In this document: positions 1-10,870 of the stretch, piece after piece
How positions within the stretch are numbered: the stretch's first letter is position 1
Layout of the letters: each line of letters starts with the position of its first letter
Assembly: GCA_963732385.1 (NCBI GenBank)
Contig: CAVSZB010000001.1
Span: 31,890-95,889 of the forward strand
From: an uncultured bacterium
GTDB lineage: Bacteria > Krumholzibacteriota > Krumholzibacteriia > LZORAL124-64-63
Reading direction: 5' to 3'
Length of the DNA: 64,000 nt
Notes under the pieces: generated by a model
Told to the model about the DNA's origin: nothing
The model's input: the letters and a program-made list of their open reading frames with translations, nothing else
Database searches by the model: none
Position numbers and translations under genes: made by a program

Positions 1-34
1 CAGCCGTTGCTACAGTAGCAATGAGTGCGCGGGC
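1..34 (+). repeat. 34-bp palindromic (REP-like) repeat, copy 1 (diverged, at window edge)
   Basis: CAGCCGTTGCTACAGTAGCAATGAGTGCGCGGGC; inverted partner of 52..85; internal TTGCTAC-N-GTAGCAA palindrome. Confidence 0.8.
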
Positions 35-51
35 CAGGGGGGGCGGAACGA

Positions 52-85
52 GCCCGCAAACTCGTTGCTACCGTAGCAATGGCTG
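52..85 (-). repeat. 34-bp palindromic repeat, copy 2
   Basis: Reverse complement CAGCCATTGCTACGGTAGCAACGAGTTTGCGGGC is identical to 4308..4341. Confidence 0.9.
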
Positions 86-277
86 TTCGGAAGGACCGCC
101 GCATTCCCGTGCACGCACGTGAACCTCGCTGCGGCGGCTGCGGCGGCCGCGCCGGCAGGCCCGTATTGCCGCTCTCCGGGCCGTCTGCTAACTTGGTCGC
201 GCCCGAATGGTACGGGCTGTGCGCATGGGCATGCCGCGCCCAGGCCGTTCACTCGCTGCACGCGACAGGAATTTCCC

Positions 278-1822
278 ATGGCCGCGAGCCTTCCCAACCG
301 TGATCTGCGCTCCTTCTGCCGGTTTCTCGAGGAGCGCGGCGAACTGATCCGCGTGACGGAGCCGGTCGATCCGTATCTCGAAGTGACGGAAATCGCCGAC
401 CGCTTCGTGAAGGCCGGCGAATCGCCTGCCCTCCTGTTCGAGAATCCCCTGCCCGGACCGCTCGGTCAGGCGGCCGGGCGCGCGACCGCGGCCCGCACCG
501 CCGACGGCCGACCGGTTCCGCTCGTGATCAATCTGTTCGCGTCGCGGCAGCGGCTGGCGTGGGCCCTCGGCTGTGCGACGGTGGACGAGGCCGTGGCGAA
601 AATCGAGGCGCCGTTGCATGCCGGGGCTCCGGGCGGGCTGTGGGACAAGCTGCGCCTGCTTGGCAGGCTCAGGGAGTGGAGCAGCGCGTTGCCGAAGTCG
701 GTCGCGCGGGGAGCGTGCCAGGAGGTTGTTGTGCGGGGGGACGAGTTGGAGAGCCGCGGCCTGCTCGACCTGATCCCCGTGCTCACCACCTGGCCGGAGG
801 ACGGCGGGCCGTACATCACCTTCCCGCTGGTGATCACGCGCCACCCGGAGACCGGGAAGCGCAATCTTGGCATGTACCGGCTTCAGGTCCACGACGGCCG
901 CACGACCGGCATGCACTGGCAGGTGCACAAGACCGGCGCGGCGCACTACGATCTCCACGAGCGGCGCGGCGAGCGGATGCCGGTCTGCGTGGCGATCGGT
1001 GGTCCGCCGGCGCTCACCTACGCCGCGACGGCACCGCTGCCGGACGATCTTGACGAGGCGCTGCTGGCCGGCTTCCTGACCGGCGCGCCGATCGCCTTCA
1101 CGAAGGCGGTCACCTGCGACCTCGAGGTTCCGGCCGACGCCGACTTCGTTATCGAAGGCTATGTCGACCCGGGCGAGCGCCGCGTGGAGGGGCCGTTCGG
1201 CGACCATACCGGCTTCTACTCGCTGGCTGAGCCGTTCCCGGTCTTCCACGTGACCGCGATCACCTCGCGCCGCGATCCGATCTACCTCACGACGATCGTC
1301 GGCCGGCCGCCGATGGAAGACGGCGTTTTGGGGTGGGCCACCGAGCGTCTGTTCCTGCCAATGCTGCGCACCGCCCTGCCCGAGCTCATCGACCTGCACC
1401 TGCCGGTGGCGGCCTGCTTCCACAACCTCGCACTGGTGTCGATCCGCAAGCGCTTCCCGGGCCACGCCCGCAAGGTCTGCCACGCCCTGTGGGGCATGGG
1501 TCAGATGATGTTCTGCAAGACGATCGTCGTCGTGGACGACGACGTGAACGTGCAGGACCCTTACGAGACGCTCTGGCGCGTCAGCAACGCCGTCGATCCG
1601 CAGCGCGACACCTTCTTCGCCACCGGCCCCGTCGACCAGCTCGATCACACCACGAATGTCGCACTCATCGGCGGCAAGATGGGCATCGACGCGACCCGCA
1701 AGTGGTCCGGCGAAGAGGGCTACGGCCGCGATTGGCCGCCGGTGATCGCGATGCGCGAAGACGTGAAGCGCCAGGTGGACGAGCGGTGGGCGAATCTGCT
1801 GGAGCGCTTGCGCCGGCCCTGA
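278..1822 (+). CDS. ubiD: UbiD-family prenyl-FMN decarboxylase (menaquinone biosynthesis, MqnL-like)
   Basis: Motifs RNLGMYRLQV, EGPFGDHTGFYS, GRPPMED, KMGIDATRK; ATG at 278 after AGGA. Confidence 0.92.
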   Translation: MAASLPNRDLRSFCRFLEERGELIRVTEPVDPYLEVTEIADRFVKAGESPALLFENPLPGPLGQAAGRATAARTADGRPVPLVINLFASRQRLAWALGCATVDEAVAKIEAPLHAGAPGGLWDKLRLLGRLREWSSALPKSVARGACQEVVVRGDELESRGLLDLIPVLTTWPEDGGPYITFPLVITRHPETGKRNLGMYRLQVHDGRTTGMHWQVHKTGAAHYDLHERRGERMPVCVAIGGPPALTYAATAPLPDDLDEALLAGFLTGAPIAFTKAVTCDLEVPADADFVIEGYVDPGERRVEGPFGDHTGFYSLAEPFPVFHVTAITSRRDPIYLTTIVGRPPMEDGVLGWATERLFLPMLRTALPELIDLHLPVAACFHNLALVSIRKRFPGHARKVCHALWGMGQMMFCKTIVVVDDDVNVQDPYETLWRVSNAVDPQRDTFFATGPVDQLDHTTNVALIGGKMGIDATRKWSGEEGYGRDWPPVIAMREDVKRQVDERWANLLERLRRP

Positions 1823-1850
1823 ACGCCCGTCCCGGGACGCGAGACACAAA

Positions 1851-1880
1851 GGGAAAGCCATCCCCGCGGATGGCTTTCCC
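1851..1880. terminator. Perfect 13-bp hairpin between convergent genes
   Basis: GGGAAAGCCATCC-CCGC-GGATGGCTTTCCC; followed by TTTG on the minus strand. Confidence 0.75.
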
Positions 1881-1905
1881 CGAATCCAGGAGCGGAACTC
1901 CCGTA

Positions 1906-3090
1906 CTAGTTGTCGCCGGTGGTCGTCCCGAGCGCAGCCTTCTCCGCATCGACCAGGCCGTAGCCCTGGTACTCGAACGGCAGGCCGATGTTCTCGCCGC
2001 TGTCGCGCATCAATTGCCGGATCTCATCGCGGGTGTAGGTGGGGTGCGCCGCCCAGGCGACCGCCGCCGCGCCCGCCACCATCGGGCAGGACATGGAGGT
2101 GCCGCTCAGCGAGCGGTACTTGGCGTTCTTGTAGGTCGAGTAGATCAGGCGACCGGGCGCCATGAGCTCGGCCTCGGGGCCGAAATTCGTGAACCAGGCG
2201 GCGATATCGGCCGAGGTCGAGGCGGTGATGGCCATCACGATCGGCAGCTTGGCGGGATAGATGATGTCGCCTTCCTCGTTGCCGGCGGCAGCCACCAGGA
2301 GCATGCCGTGGTCGTAGCAGGCCTGCAGGGCCGCCTCTTCCGCGGCCGAGGAATAGGTTCCGCCCCAGCTCATCGAGACGATCTGGATGTCGTTGTCGGG
2401 ATCGGCGTCGAGATGCGTGTTGATGACCCAGTCCAGGCCGGGGAGGATGGTGTCATCGCCGAACGGGCCGGACTTGCTGATCCTGACCATGTACAGGTTG
2501 CAGTCCGGGGCCACGCCGATCACGCCGATCTCATTGTCGTTGGCGGAGACGATGCCGGAGCAGTGGGTGCCGTGGCCGTTGATATCGTCCCAGTCGGTCG
2601 GATCATCGGTCGCGGTCGAATAACCGCCGGAGAAGTTGAGATCAGGATGATCCTTGTCGCCGCCGGTATCGAGGATGGCCACGTTCACGCCGACGCCCTT
2701 GTTGCCGGCGGCATGGACAACCTCGGAGTCGATGCGGTCGATGCCCCAGTCCATCACTTGCGCCACTTCTTCATCGACGCAGAAGTGCCGGGAAACGTTG
2801 TTCTCCACGTACAGGATGTTGGCGTTCTGGCCGAGCCCCTGCCGGGCCGAAACGGGGATCGTGGCGAACACGACCGGGAAATTCTTGTACTCGCGCAGGA
2901 TGGCGCCACCCGCGGCGGTGATCGCGGCGCCAGGGTGCGCGCCCTGGTAGCCGATGAACACATCAACCGTCGCCAGATCCTTGTCCGCGATTGACGGGGT
3001 TGTCGGGTTCGACACGTTGTCAGATGAACAGCCCCAGACGAGGGCCAGGATGGCGGTCATGCCAACCAAAACGAGCGCGGTTTTCTTCAT
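1906..3090 (-). CDS. S8 subtilisin-family serine protease, lipoprotein with I9-like prodomain
   Basis: Triad motifs ILDTG, HGTHCSG, GTSMSCP; AAAGN; lipobox LVWGC. Confidence 0.93.
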   Translation of the reverse strand: MKKTALVLVGMTAILALVWGCSSDNVSNPTTPSIADKDLATVDVFIGYQGAHPGAAITAAGGAILREYKNFPVVFATIPVSARQGLGQNANILYVENNVSRHFCVDEEVAQVMDWGIDRIDSEVVHAAGNKGVGVNVAILDTGGDKDHPDLNFSGGYSTATDDPTDWDDINGHGTHCSGIVSANDNEIGVIGVAPDCNLYMVRISKSGPFGDDTILPGLDWVINTHLDADPDNDIQIVSMSWGGTYSSAAEEAALQACYDHGMLLVAAAGNEEGDIIYPAKLPIVMAITASTSADIAAWFTNFGPEAELMAPGRLIYSTYKNAKYRSLSGTSMSCPMVAGAAAVAWAAHPTYTRDEIRQLMRDSGENIGLPFEYQGYGLVDAEKAALGTTTGDN

Positions 3091-3449
3091 GGGAGACTCC
3101 CGTTCGGTTCCAATGGCGAAAGATTTTCGGCGAGGATCCGAATGGTCATGTCGCAGCGAGTGACACCAGCAGGCTCTTCCCGGACTTTCCTGAGCCATCC
3201 CCCCTCAGTGGCCCCTGGCGAGTGATCGAATTCAACCGCCCCGCCCCCCGCGGGTCGCCCCTCCCACGGATCTTCCGGCGGTCAATGCTTGCCCAAGAGT
3301 ATACCGCAGATGAAATCACACTTCCAGTGTTTGGGCCGGCCCGCTGCGGCCATTCGGGTCCCCGCCCCGTGATCCAGCAATGGGCTGCCAGGCTGGAAAT
3401 ACCCTATACTGCGCGCTCGGAGTCCGGAAGGACCTGCCGGAAAGGGACC

Positions 3450-4325
3450 ATGTTGCCAGACAAGCCCCAGCAGACGGGCGCCCGGCCCGGCATCCACGAC
3501 CGCTGCCGCGACACCTGGAGGGTGCGCGATCCGGAGGCGCACGCCCGATCGGTGCGGGCGATGTTCGCGCGCATCGCGGGCGCCTACGACTTCATGAACC
3601 ATCTGCTGAGCCTCAACCTCGACCGACGCTGGCGGCGCCGGCTCGTGGCGCGGATCGACGCCGATGCGTGGGAGGTTCTCGACCTGTGCGCCGGCACCGG
3701 GGATCTGGCCGTCGAATGCCTGCGGGCGGGCCGAGGGCGGCTGCTGCTGGTTGCGGACTTCTGCCCCGAAATGCTCGGCCGCGGTCGGGGCAAGGGGCTC
3801 GGATTGCCGCTGCCGGGTCGCGACGGTATCGCGCGCCCCAGCCTGCTGTTGACGGCCGACGCGCAGGTCCTGCCGCTGCGCGATGCGTCGTGCGACGCCG
3901 TGATGGTGGCGTTCGGCGTCCGCAACCTGGCCGATGTCCGCGGCGGGCTGCGCGAGATGGCGCGCGTGCTGCGGCCCGGAGGCCAGCTCCTCGTGCTGGA
4001 ATTCTTCCGCGACGATCCTGCCGCCAGGAACGAACGGCGCGGTCCGTTGCTCCTGCTGCGCTGGTGGCTCGCCGCCACCGTTCCGCTGTTCGGCCGCCTC
4101 TTCGCCGGCGATGGCTCCGCCTACGGCTACCTCCCCGCAAGCATGGGCCGCTTCCTGTCGGTGTCGGAATTCGCAGCACTGCTCGCCGAGTGCGGGTTCG
4201 CCGATGTCGAAGTGGAACGGCAGTCGCTCGGCGTGGCGCACCTGGTGACAGCGCGGACGATCGGCCCGGCTCGCGAGGGGGAGGGGGGCCGCGGCAGCCC
4301 GTCCGCACAGCCATTGCTACGGTAG
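3450..4325 (+). CDS. menG: UbiE/MenG quinone C-methyltransferase
   Basis: MFARIAGAYDFMNHLLS, VLDLCAGTGD, FGVRN, EMARVLRPGG; start approximate. Confidence 0.88.
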   Translation: MLPDKPQQTGARPGIHDRCRDTWRVRDPEAHARSVRAMFARIAGAYDFMNHLLSLNLDRRWRRRLVARIDADAWEVLDLCAGTGDLAVECLRAGRGRLLLVADFCPEMLGRGRGKGLGLPLPGRDGIARPSLLLTADAQVLPLRDASCDAVMVAFGVRNLADVRGGLREMARVLRPGGQLLVLEFFRDDPAARNERRGPLLLLRWWLAATVPLFGRLFAGDGSAYGYLPASMGRFLSVSEFAALLAECGFADVEVERQSLGVAHLVTARTIGPAREGEGGRGSPSAQPLLR

Positions 4326-4341
4326 CAACGAGTTTGCGGGC
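4308..4341 (+). repeat. 34-bp palindromic repeat, copy 3 (contains the menG stop codon)
   Basis: Exact inverted copy of 52..85. Confidence 0.9.
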
Positions 4342-4546
4342 CTGCCGGGTCCGTCGTGATGTTGTCACTTCGGGTCCCGGCCTCGCGGACGGAGATTTCT
4401 CGTGACCGCGCGCGCCGCCCGCCAGCGGCCAGCGCCGGAACCGGGCGGAGTCGGGTCGCGCTCCCAGCCATTCGCTGCTATCCTCGCCGGCGCGGCGCGG
4501 GGCGACTGCCCTCGCCGCCCCACCCACGATGCGAAAGGGCGTTTCG

Positions 4547-5035
4547 ATGAGCAGGGACGATTCTCCCGTGGTGCAGGACCACTACCCCGACGACGTTGCC
4601 CACTGCTATGGCTGCGGGCGGCTCAACCCTCAGGGGCTGCGGCTGCAGACGCGCTGGGACGGCGACGAGACCGTGGCGCTGTTCACGCCGCGCGCATACC
4701 ACACCGCCATGCCCGGCTTCGTGTACGGCGGGCTGATCGCATCGCTGGTCGACTGCCACGCGATGGGGACGGCGGCTGCGGCGGCGGAGCGGGCCGCCGG
4801 GCGCGACATCGGCGAGGCGCCGGCGCCGCGTTTCGTCACCGGCATGCTGCGGGTCGACTACCTGCGGCCGACGCCGCTCGGCCCCGAGCTGGAGGTCCGC
4901 GGACGGGTGCGGGAGGCGGGCGGGCGGAAGTACGTCGTGGAGGTGACCGTGGCGGCGCAGGGGACGATCACCGCACGCGGCGAAGTGGTGGCCGTGCGTC
5001 TGCCCGATACGATGACCGGCGGCTCGCCGGCGTGA
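4547..5035 (+). CDS. PaaI/hotdog-fold thioesterase
   Basis: [34 protein letters not shown]. Confidence 0.85.
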   Translation: MSRDDSPVVQDHYPDDVAHCYGCGRLNPQGLRLQTRWDGDETVALFTPRAYHTAMPGFVYGGLIASLVDCHAMGTAAAAAERAAGRDIGEAPAPRFVTGMLRVDYLRPTPLGPELEVRGRVREAGGRKYVVEVTVAAQGTITARGEVVAVRLPDTMTGGSPA

Positions 5036-5841
5036 TCCCTCCGGGCGGCACCGACCTGCTGATCGCCGCCCTCGCGGGGGCGGCGGCTGGCGTGGTCAAC
5101 GCGCTGGCGGGGGGTGGTACGCTCATCACGTTTCCCACGCTCACTGCGCTCGGAATGCCGGCGCTTGCCGCCAACGTGACCAACACGGTGGCGCTCTGCC
5201 CCGGCTACCTCGGCGCCACCATGGCGCAGCGCGGCGATTTGCGGGGGCAGGGGCGGCGACTCTGGCTGCTCGTGCCGGCCGGCGTGCTGGGCGGGCTGGC
5301 GGGCGGCTTCCTGCTGCTGCGGTCGGGCGAGCGGACGTTCCGCGCGCTGGTGCCGTTTCTGATCCTGCTCGCCTCGGCTCTGCTGGCGGCCCAGGAGCCG
5401 CTGCGGGCCTGGCTGAAACGGCGGAGCGCGAGGGTGGAGGGCGCCACGGACGACGCGGCGTCGTGCCCCGCCGGCGTTGGCGCGGATTCCGGCGTCGCCC
5501 GGGTCGCCCCGGCCGCCGGTCTGGCGGCCGTGTACGGCGGCTACTTCGGCGCCGGCCTGAGCGTGATCGTTCTGGCGGTGCTCGGTCTGTTGCTGGATGA
5601 TTCGCTCACGCGGCTGAACGCGCTGAAGCAGGCGATCGCGTTCGGTGTGAACGTGGCGGCAGCGGTACTGTTCGCACTGGCGGGACCGGTCGTCTGGCCG
5701 GCGGCGCTGGCCATGGCGGCCGGCGCGCTGCTGGGCGGGACGGCGGGGGGGCGGCTGGCCGGGCGCGTACGGCCGGCGACGCTGCGTCGGATCGTCGTGA
5801 TCATCGGTGTCGCGGTGGCCGTGGTCTATTTCGTGCGGTGA
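5032..5841 (+). CDS. TauE/SafE (DUF81) family membrane transporter
   Basis: [13 protein letters not shown] and YGGYFGAG motifs, multiple TM helices; GTGA overlap with upstream stop. Confidence 0.88.
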   Translation: MIPPGGTDLLIAALAGAAAGVVNALAGGGTLITFPTLTALGMPALAANVTNTVALCPGYLGATMAQRGDLRGQGRRLWLLVPAGVLGGLAGGFLLLRSGERTFRALVPFLILLASALLAAQEPLRAWLKRRSARVEGATDDAASCPAGVGADSGVARVAPAAGLAAVYGGYFGAGLSVIVLAVLGLLLDDSLTRLNALKQAIAFGVNVAAAVLFALAGPVVWPAALAMAAGALLGGTAGGRLAGRVRPATLRRIVVIIGVAVAVVYFVR

Positions 5842-5861
5842 AACGCCGATCTGGAGGACCC

Positions 5862-6227
5862 ATGCCGAAGCTGATCAACGCTCCGTCCGTTATCGAGGCA
5901 GCCGGCAACCGGCCGAAGCGGATCGAGGAGTACGTCGGACGGGTGAACTCCGGCCACCACGACATCAGCGTGGCGCGCATGGTGGCGCCGGCGGGCTGGG
6001 TGGAGCCGGGGCAGACGCCCGGATTCGCGGAGATCACGGTCGTGCTAAAAGGACTGCTGCGCGTGGAGCACGCCGGCGGAACGCTCGAGGTGCGCGCCGG
6101 TCAGGCGGTCGTGACGAGCCCGGGCGAATGGGTGCGCTACGCTACGCCGGAGCCGGATGGCGCGGAGTACGTGGCCGTCTGTCTGCCGGCCTTCTCGCCG
6201 GATTCGGTGCGCCGGGACCCGGACTGA
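5862..6227 (+). CDS. Cupin-domain protein
   Basis: GWVEPGQTPGFAEITVVLKG, VRAGQAV, WVRY; GGAGG RBS. Confidence 0.8.
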   Translation: MPKLINAPSVIEAAGNRPKRIEEYVGRVNSGHHDISVARMVAPAGWVEPGQTPGFAEITVVLKGLLRVEHAGGTLEVRAGQAVVTSPGEWVRYATPEPDGAEYVAVCLPAFSPDSVRRDPD

Positions 6228-6284
6228 GGCGCGCGCGCGGCGCGCTGATCGAGACCCCCATCTTTAGCCGAGGATGTACGCAGC

Positions 6285-7103
6285 ATGGACCCGTTCTACC
6301 TGCTCAAGGCCGCGATCCTGGGTCTCGTCGAAGGGATTACCGAGTTCATTCCGGTCTCCTCCACCGGACACCTGATCGTGGTGCAGAACTGGCTCGCGCT
6401 GGCCGGCCGGAAGGAGAACGCGTTCGCGATCTTCATCCAGCTCGGGGCGATCCTCGCGGTGGTGTGGCTCTACCGGCGGAAGCTGCTGTCGGTGGCGCTG
6501 AACTGGCGTCACGATCCGCTGGCGCGAAGGCTGATCGTCAACCTGATCCTCGGCACCATCCCGGCAGTCGTGATCGGGCTGCCGACCTCCGACTGGATCG
6601 AGGCGCACCTTTTCCGGCCGTTCCCGGTCGCGCTGGCGTTCGTGCTTGGCGGGGTGGCTATCCTGCTGGTCGAGCGATTCGCCCGCCGCCCGAGCGTGGC
6701 GGGTGTGGACGACATCCCGGTGCGCAAGGCCATCGGCGTCGGTCTGATCCAGGTGCTGGCGATCATCTTTCCCGGCGTTTCCCGCTCCGGCGCGACCATC
6801 ATGGGGGGCATGACGCTCGGCCTGTCGCGCCGCGCGGCCACGGAGTTCTCTTTCTTTCTCGCCATCCCCGCGATGATCGGAGCCTCGGTGGTCAAGCTGG
6901 CGGGCGTTCGCCACGAGCTGGCCGCGTCCGACGCTCCATTCTTCGCCGTCGGCTTCGTGGTCGCGTTCGTGGCCGCGTTGTTCGTCGTGCGCGCGCTGGT
7001 GACCTTCGTGTCGCACCGCTCGTTCGTCCCGTTCGCCTGGTACCGGATCGCGTTCGGGATCGCTCTGGTGGCGCTGTATTGGAACTCGCGGGCCGGGTTC
7101 TGA
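6285..7103 (+). CDS. uppP: Undecaprenyl-diphosphate phosphatase
   Basis: GLVEGITEFIPVSSTGHL, PGVSRSGATI, ATEFSFFLAIP. Confidence 0.96.
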   Translation: MDPFYLLKAAILGLVEGITEFIPVSSTGHLIVVQNWLALAGRKENAFAIFIQLGAILAVVWLYRRKLLSVALNWRHDPLARRLIVNLILGTIPAVVIGLPTSDWIEAHLFRPFPVALAFVLGGVAILLVERFARRPSVAGVDDIPVRKAIGVGLIQVLAIIFPGVSRSGATIMGGMTLGLSRRAATEFSFFLAIPAMIGASVVKLAGVRHELAASDAPFFAVGFVVAFVAALFVVRALVTFVSHRSFVPFAWYRIAFGIALVALYWNSRAGF

Positions 7104-7255
7104 TGCGCGCGCGGGCGGCGGAGCCGGCTCCATCGCCCGCCCCGGGCTTCTGAAAAGTCGCTTCCGGGGCCGAAACGGGCTACAATGTGAGTGATCCGTC
7201 TTCGGACGCGCGCCGGTTAGCGGCGCCCGCCGCACCTGCACGACAGGGGTTGCCC

Positions 7256-8581
<1,326 letters not shown>

Positions 8582-8624
8582 ACAGGGCGACCGGGCCGGA
8601 CGCAGTCATGAGGGAGGCCGCGTA

Positions 8625-8906
8625 ATGACCATCGAACGGGCCACCAGGACCTGCCAGTCCTGCGACATGCCGCTCAAACGCGACCCCCAAGGCGGAGGCA
8701 CACGCGCCGACGGCTCCCGGAGCCCGATGTACTGTTCGCATTGTTATCACAACGGCCGCTTCACGCAGCCGGACATCACCGTCGGACAGATGAAGGCGCT
8801 CGTGAAGGGGAAGCTGCGGGAGATGGGCTTCCCCGGACCGGTCGCCGGCCTGTTCACCTGGGGAATCCCGCGGCTCGAACGCTGGCGGAGCGCCCCGACG
8901 CGCTAG
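8625..8906 (+). CDS. Putative zinc-ribbon protein (Zn_ribbon_2-like)
   Basis: CQSCDMP...YCSHCY..G.FT; C-terminal IPRLERW. Confidence 0.8.
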   Translation: MTIERATRTCQSCDMPLKRDPQGGGTRADGSRSPMYCSHCYHNGRFTQPDITVGQMKALVKGKLREMGFPGPVAGLFTWGIPRLERWRSAPTR

Positions 8907-8978
8907 GAAGTCTCGCGTCTGCCGTGGTTGCGGCCGCGTTTGCCCGCCGCGCGCGTCGCGATGCAACGGGAGGCCCCC

Positions 8979-9773
8979 ATGCTCTCCGGCGACGGCTCGT
9001 TCACCGCCCTGGTTCGGGACGTCAGCCCCGCCATCGCGCGCTGTGAGCTGACCCACCTGCCTCGCATCGACATCGATGTCACGCGTGCGCGCGCCCAACA
9101 CCAGGCGTATGTGGAGACGCTGACCGGGCTCGGCTGCCGGATGATCGCGCTGCAGGCCGAGCCGGACCTGCCCGATTCGGTGTTCGTGGAAGATACCGCC
9201 GTCGTTCTGGATGAGATCGCGGTGATCGCACGACCGGGGGCGGCTTCGCGCCGGCCGGAGTGCCTCTCGATCGCGATCGTGCTCAGCGACCACCGCCCCC
9301 TGGTCACGCTGGAGAAACCGGCCACGCTCGACGGTGGCGATGTTCTGCTCATGGGCCGGACCGTGTGGGTGGGGCTGTCGGGCCGCAGCAACTGGTCGGC
9401 GATCGGCCAGCTGCGCGCCATCGTCGGGCGACATGGGTACGAGGTGCGTCCGGTCGAGCTGGACGGCTGCCTGCACCTGAAGTCAGCGGTGACGCTGGTG
9501 GCGCCCGACACCGTCCTGCTCAACCCGGCCTGGGTGGACGCGCGGATTTTCAGCGGGCTCGATGTTGTCACCATCGATCCCGACGAACCGCACGCCGCCA
9601 ACGCCCTGCGGATCGGCTCCGGCCTGATCCACGCCGCGAACTTCCCCCGCACGCGCGCGCGGCTCGAGGCGCGCGGACTCGCGGTCCACCCGGTCGACGT
9701 GTCGGAACTGCAGAAGGCGGAGGGGGCGGTCACCTGCTGCAGTCTGGTGTTCCGGTCGACGGCAGAGACCTAG
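8979..9773 (+). CDS. Dimethylarginine dimethylaminohydrolase family protein
   Basis: PDSVFVEDTA, LDGGDVL, LHLKS, GAVTCCS. Confidence 0.9.
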   Translation: MLSGDGSFTALVRDVSPAIARCELTHLPRIDIDVTRARAQHQAYVETLTGLGCRMIALQAEPDLPDSVFVEDTAVVLDEIAVIARPGAASRRPECLSIAIVLSDHRPLVTLEKPATLDGGDVLLMGRTVWVGLSGRSNWSAIGQLRAIVGRHGYEVRPVELDGCLHLKSAVTLVAPDTVLLNPAWVDARIFSGLDVVTIDPDEPHAANALRIGSGLIHAANFPRTRARLEARGLAVHPVDVSELQKAEGAVTCCSLVFRSTAET

Positions 9774-9788
9774 GAGGAGCGCAGGACC

Positions 9789-10178
9789 ATGACCGACATG
9801 CCCGCGACCCCCGCGCCCGATCCCCGGCCCCGCCCGAAGAGCGTGGCGCTCGATCCGGCGGCCGGCCGGTACCAGCGGCTGCTTGGCGGACCGCCCGAAA
9901 CCGTCACCATGCGCTCAGGCCTGGTGACGCTCTCGCCGGGTCGGGCCGTGGGCTTGCACAACACCGGGGATCGGGAGGAGGCGCTCGTTGTGCTGGAAGG
10001 GGCGGGACGCCTGACGCTGGCCGGCGGGGGCATGCTCGACCTTCTCCCCGGCTGTCTCGCCTACTGTCCGCCGGGGAGCGAGCACGACGTGCTCAACGTC
10101 GGTCCTGGCCCGCTTCGCTATGTGTACATCACGGCGCAGGCTCCGCAAGACCCCATAATGCATGAAGAGACTTCGTGA
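9789..10178 (+). CDS. Cupin_2 domain protein
   Basis: HNT..REE..VVLEG.G and PPGSEHDVLN. Confidence 0.82.
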   Translation: MTDMPATPAPDPRPRPKSVALDPAAGRYQRLLGGPPETVTMRSGLVTLSPGRAVGLHNTGDREEALVVLEGAGRLTLAGGGMLDLLPGCLAYCPPGSEHDVLNVGPGPLRYVYITAQAPQDPIMHEETS

Positions 10179-10870
10179 GCGAGAATCCGCTTCGTCAGCC
10201 GGGGCCTGCCGCCCCGTGCCCTGTCGCGGTCGGCTGGACCGGCGCCAGCGGCATCGCTTACGGCGTACGTCTGGTGGAAGTGCTGCTGGCGGCGGGACGC
10301 GACGTGCACCTCGTCGTGTCGGCGGCGGTCGGGCAGACGGCGCCGGTGGAGATGGGCCGGACGCCGGACGAGCTGGTAGCCGCCCTCGCGGGGGGCGATC
10401 CGGTCGCGGTCGTGCCGGGCGAGCCGCCGCGCCCCGTGACGTTCGCTCCCGGTAACGTGCCGTCGGCGGTCCGCGGCGCTTTGCACCGCTGGGGGGAGCG
10501 TGAATTCACCGCCCCTCTGGCAAGCGGGTCGTCGTTGCGGGGAGGCCTCGTGATCTGCCCCTGCTCGATGGGCACGGCTGCCCGCGTGGCGCACGGCACG
10601 AGCGAAACCCTGCTGCTGCGCGCGGCGGATGTCTGCCTGAAGGAGCGGCGCCGGCTCATTCTCGTGCCGCGCGAGACGCCTCTGGCCACACACCACCTGG
10701 AGAATCTCGCGAAACTGAGCGTGCACGGCGCGCTCATCGTGCCGGCCGCCCCCGGCTTCTACCACCGACCGCGTTCGGTGGGCGACCTGGTCGACTTCAT
10801 CGTGCAACGGGTCTGCGACCATCTCGATGTCGCCGTGGCTCTGACGGCTCGCTGGGGGGATGACGCGTGA
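10175..10870 (+). CDS. ubiX: UbiX flavin prenyltransferase (MqnM-like)
   Basis: TGASG, ASGS, PCSMGT, RAADVCLKERR, RETPL, PGFYHRP. Confidence 0.94.
   Translation: MSENPLRQPGPAAPCPVAVGWTGASGIAYGVRLVEVLLAAGRDVHLVVSAAVGQTAPVEMGRTPDELVAALAGGDPVAVVPGEPPRPVTFAPGNVPSAVRGALHRWGEREFTAPLASGSSLRGGLVICPCSMGTAARVAHGTSETLLLRAADVCLKERRRLILVPRETPLATHHLENLAKLSVHGALIVPAAPGFYHRPRSVGDLVDFIVQRVCDHLDVAVALTARWGDDA

Noticed and set aside
1-85. CRISPR array from the 34-bp repeats
   Set aside because: Copies are inverted with a 17-bp gap and the third is 4.2 kb away; no spacer periodicity and no cas genes.
188-1861. Long antisense or alternate-frame ORFs (also 15382..17370 +, 53209..55131 -, 58202..60583 -, 61377..63851 -)
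   Set aside because: They shadow well-supported genes, lack recognisable motifs, and are expected from stop-codon scarcity at high GC.
3418-3450. GTCCGGAAGGA resembling the SRP RNA domain IV
   Set aside because: The flanking CAGG and AGCAG motif and the long closing stem are absent.
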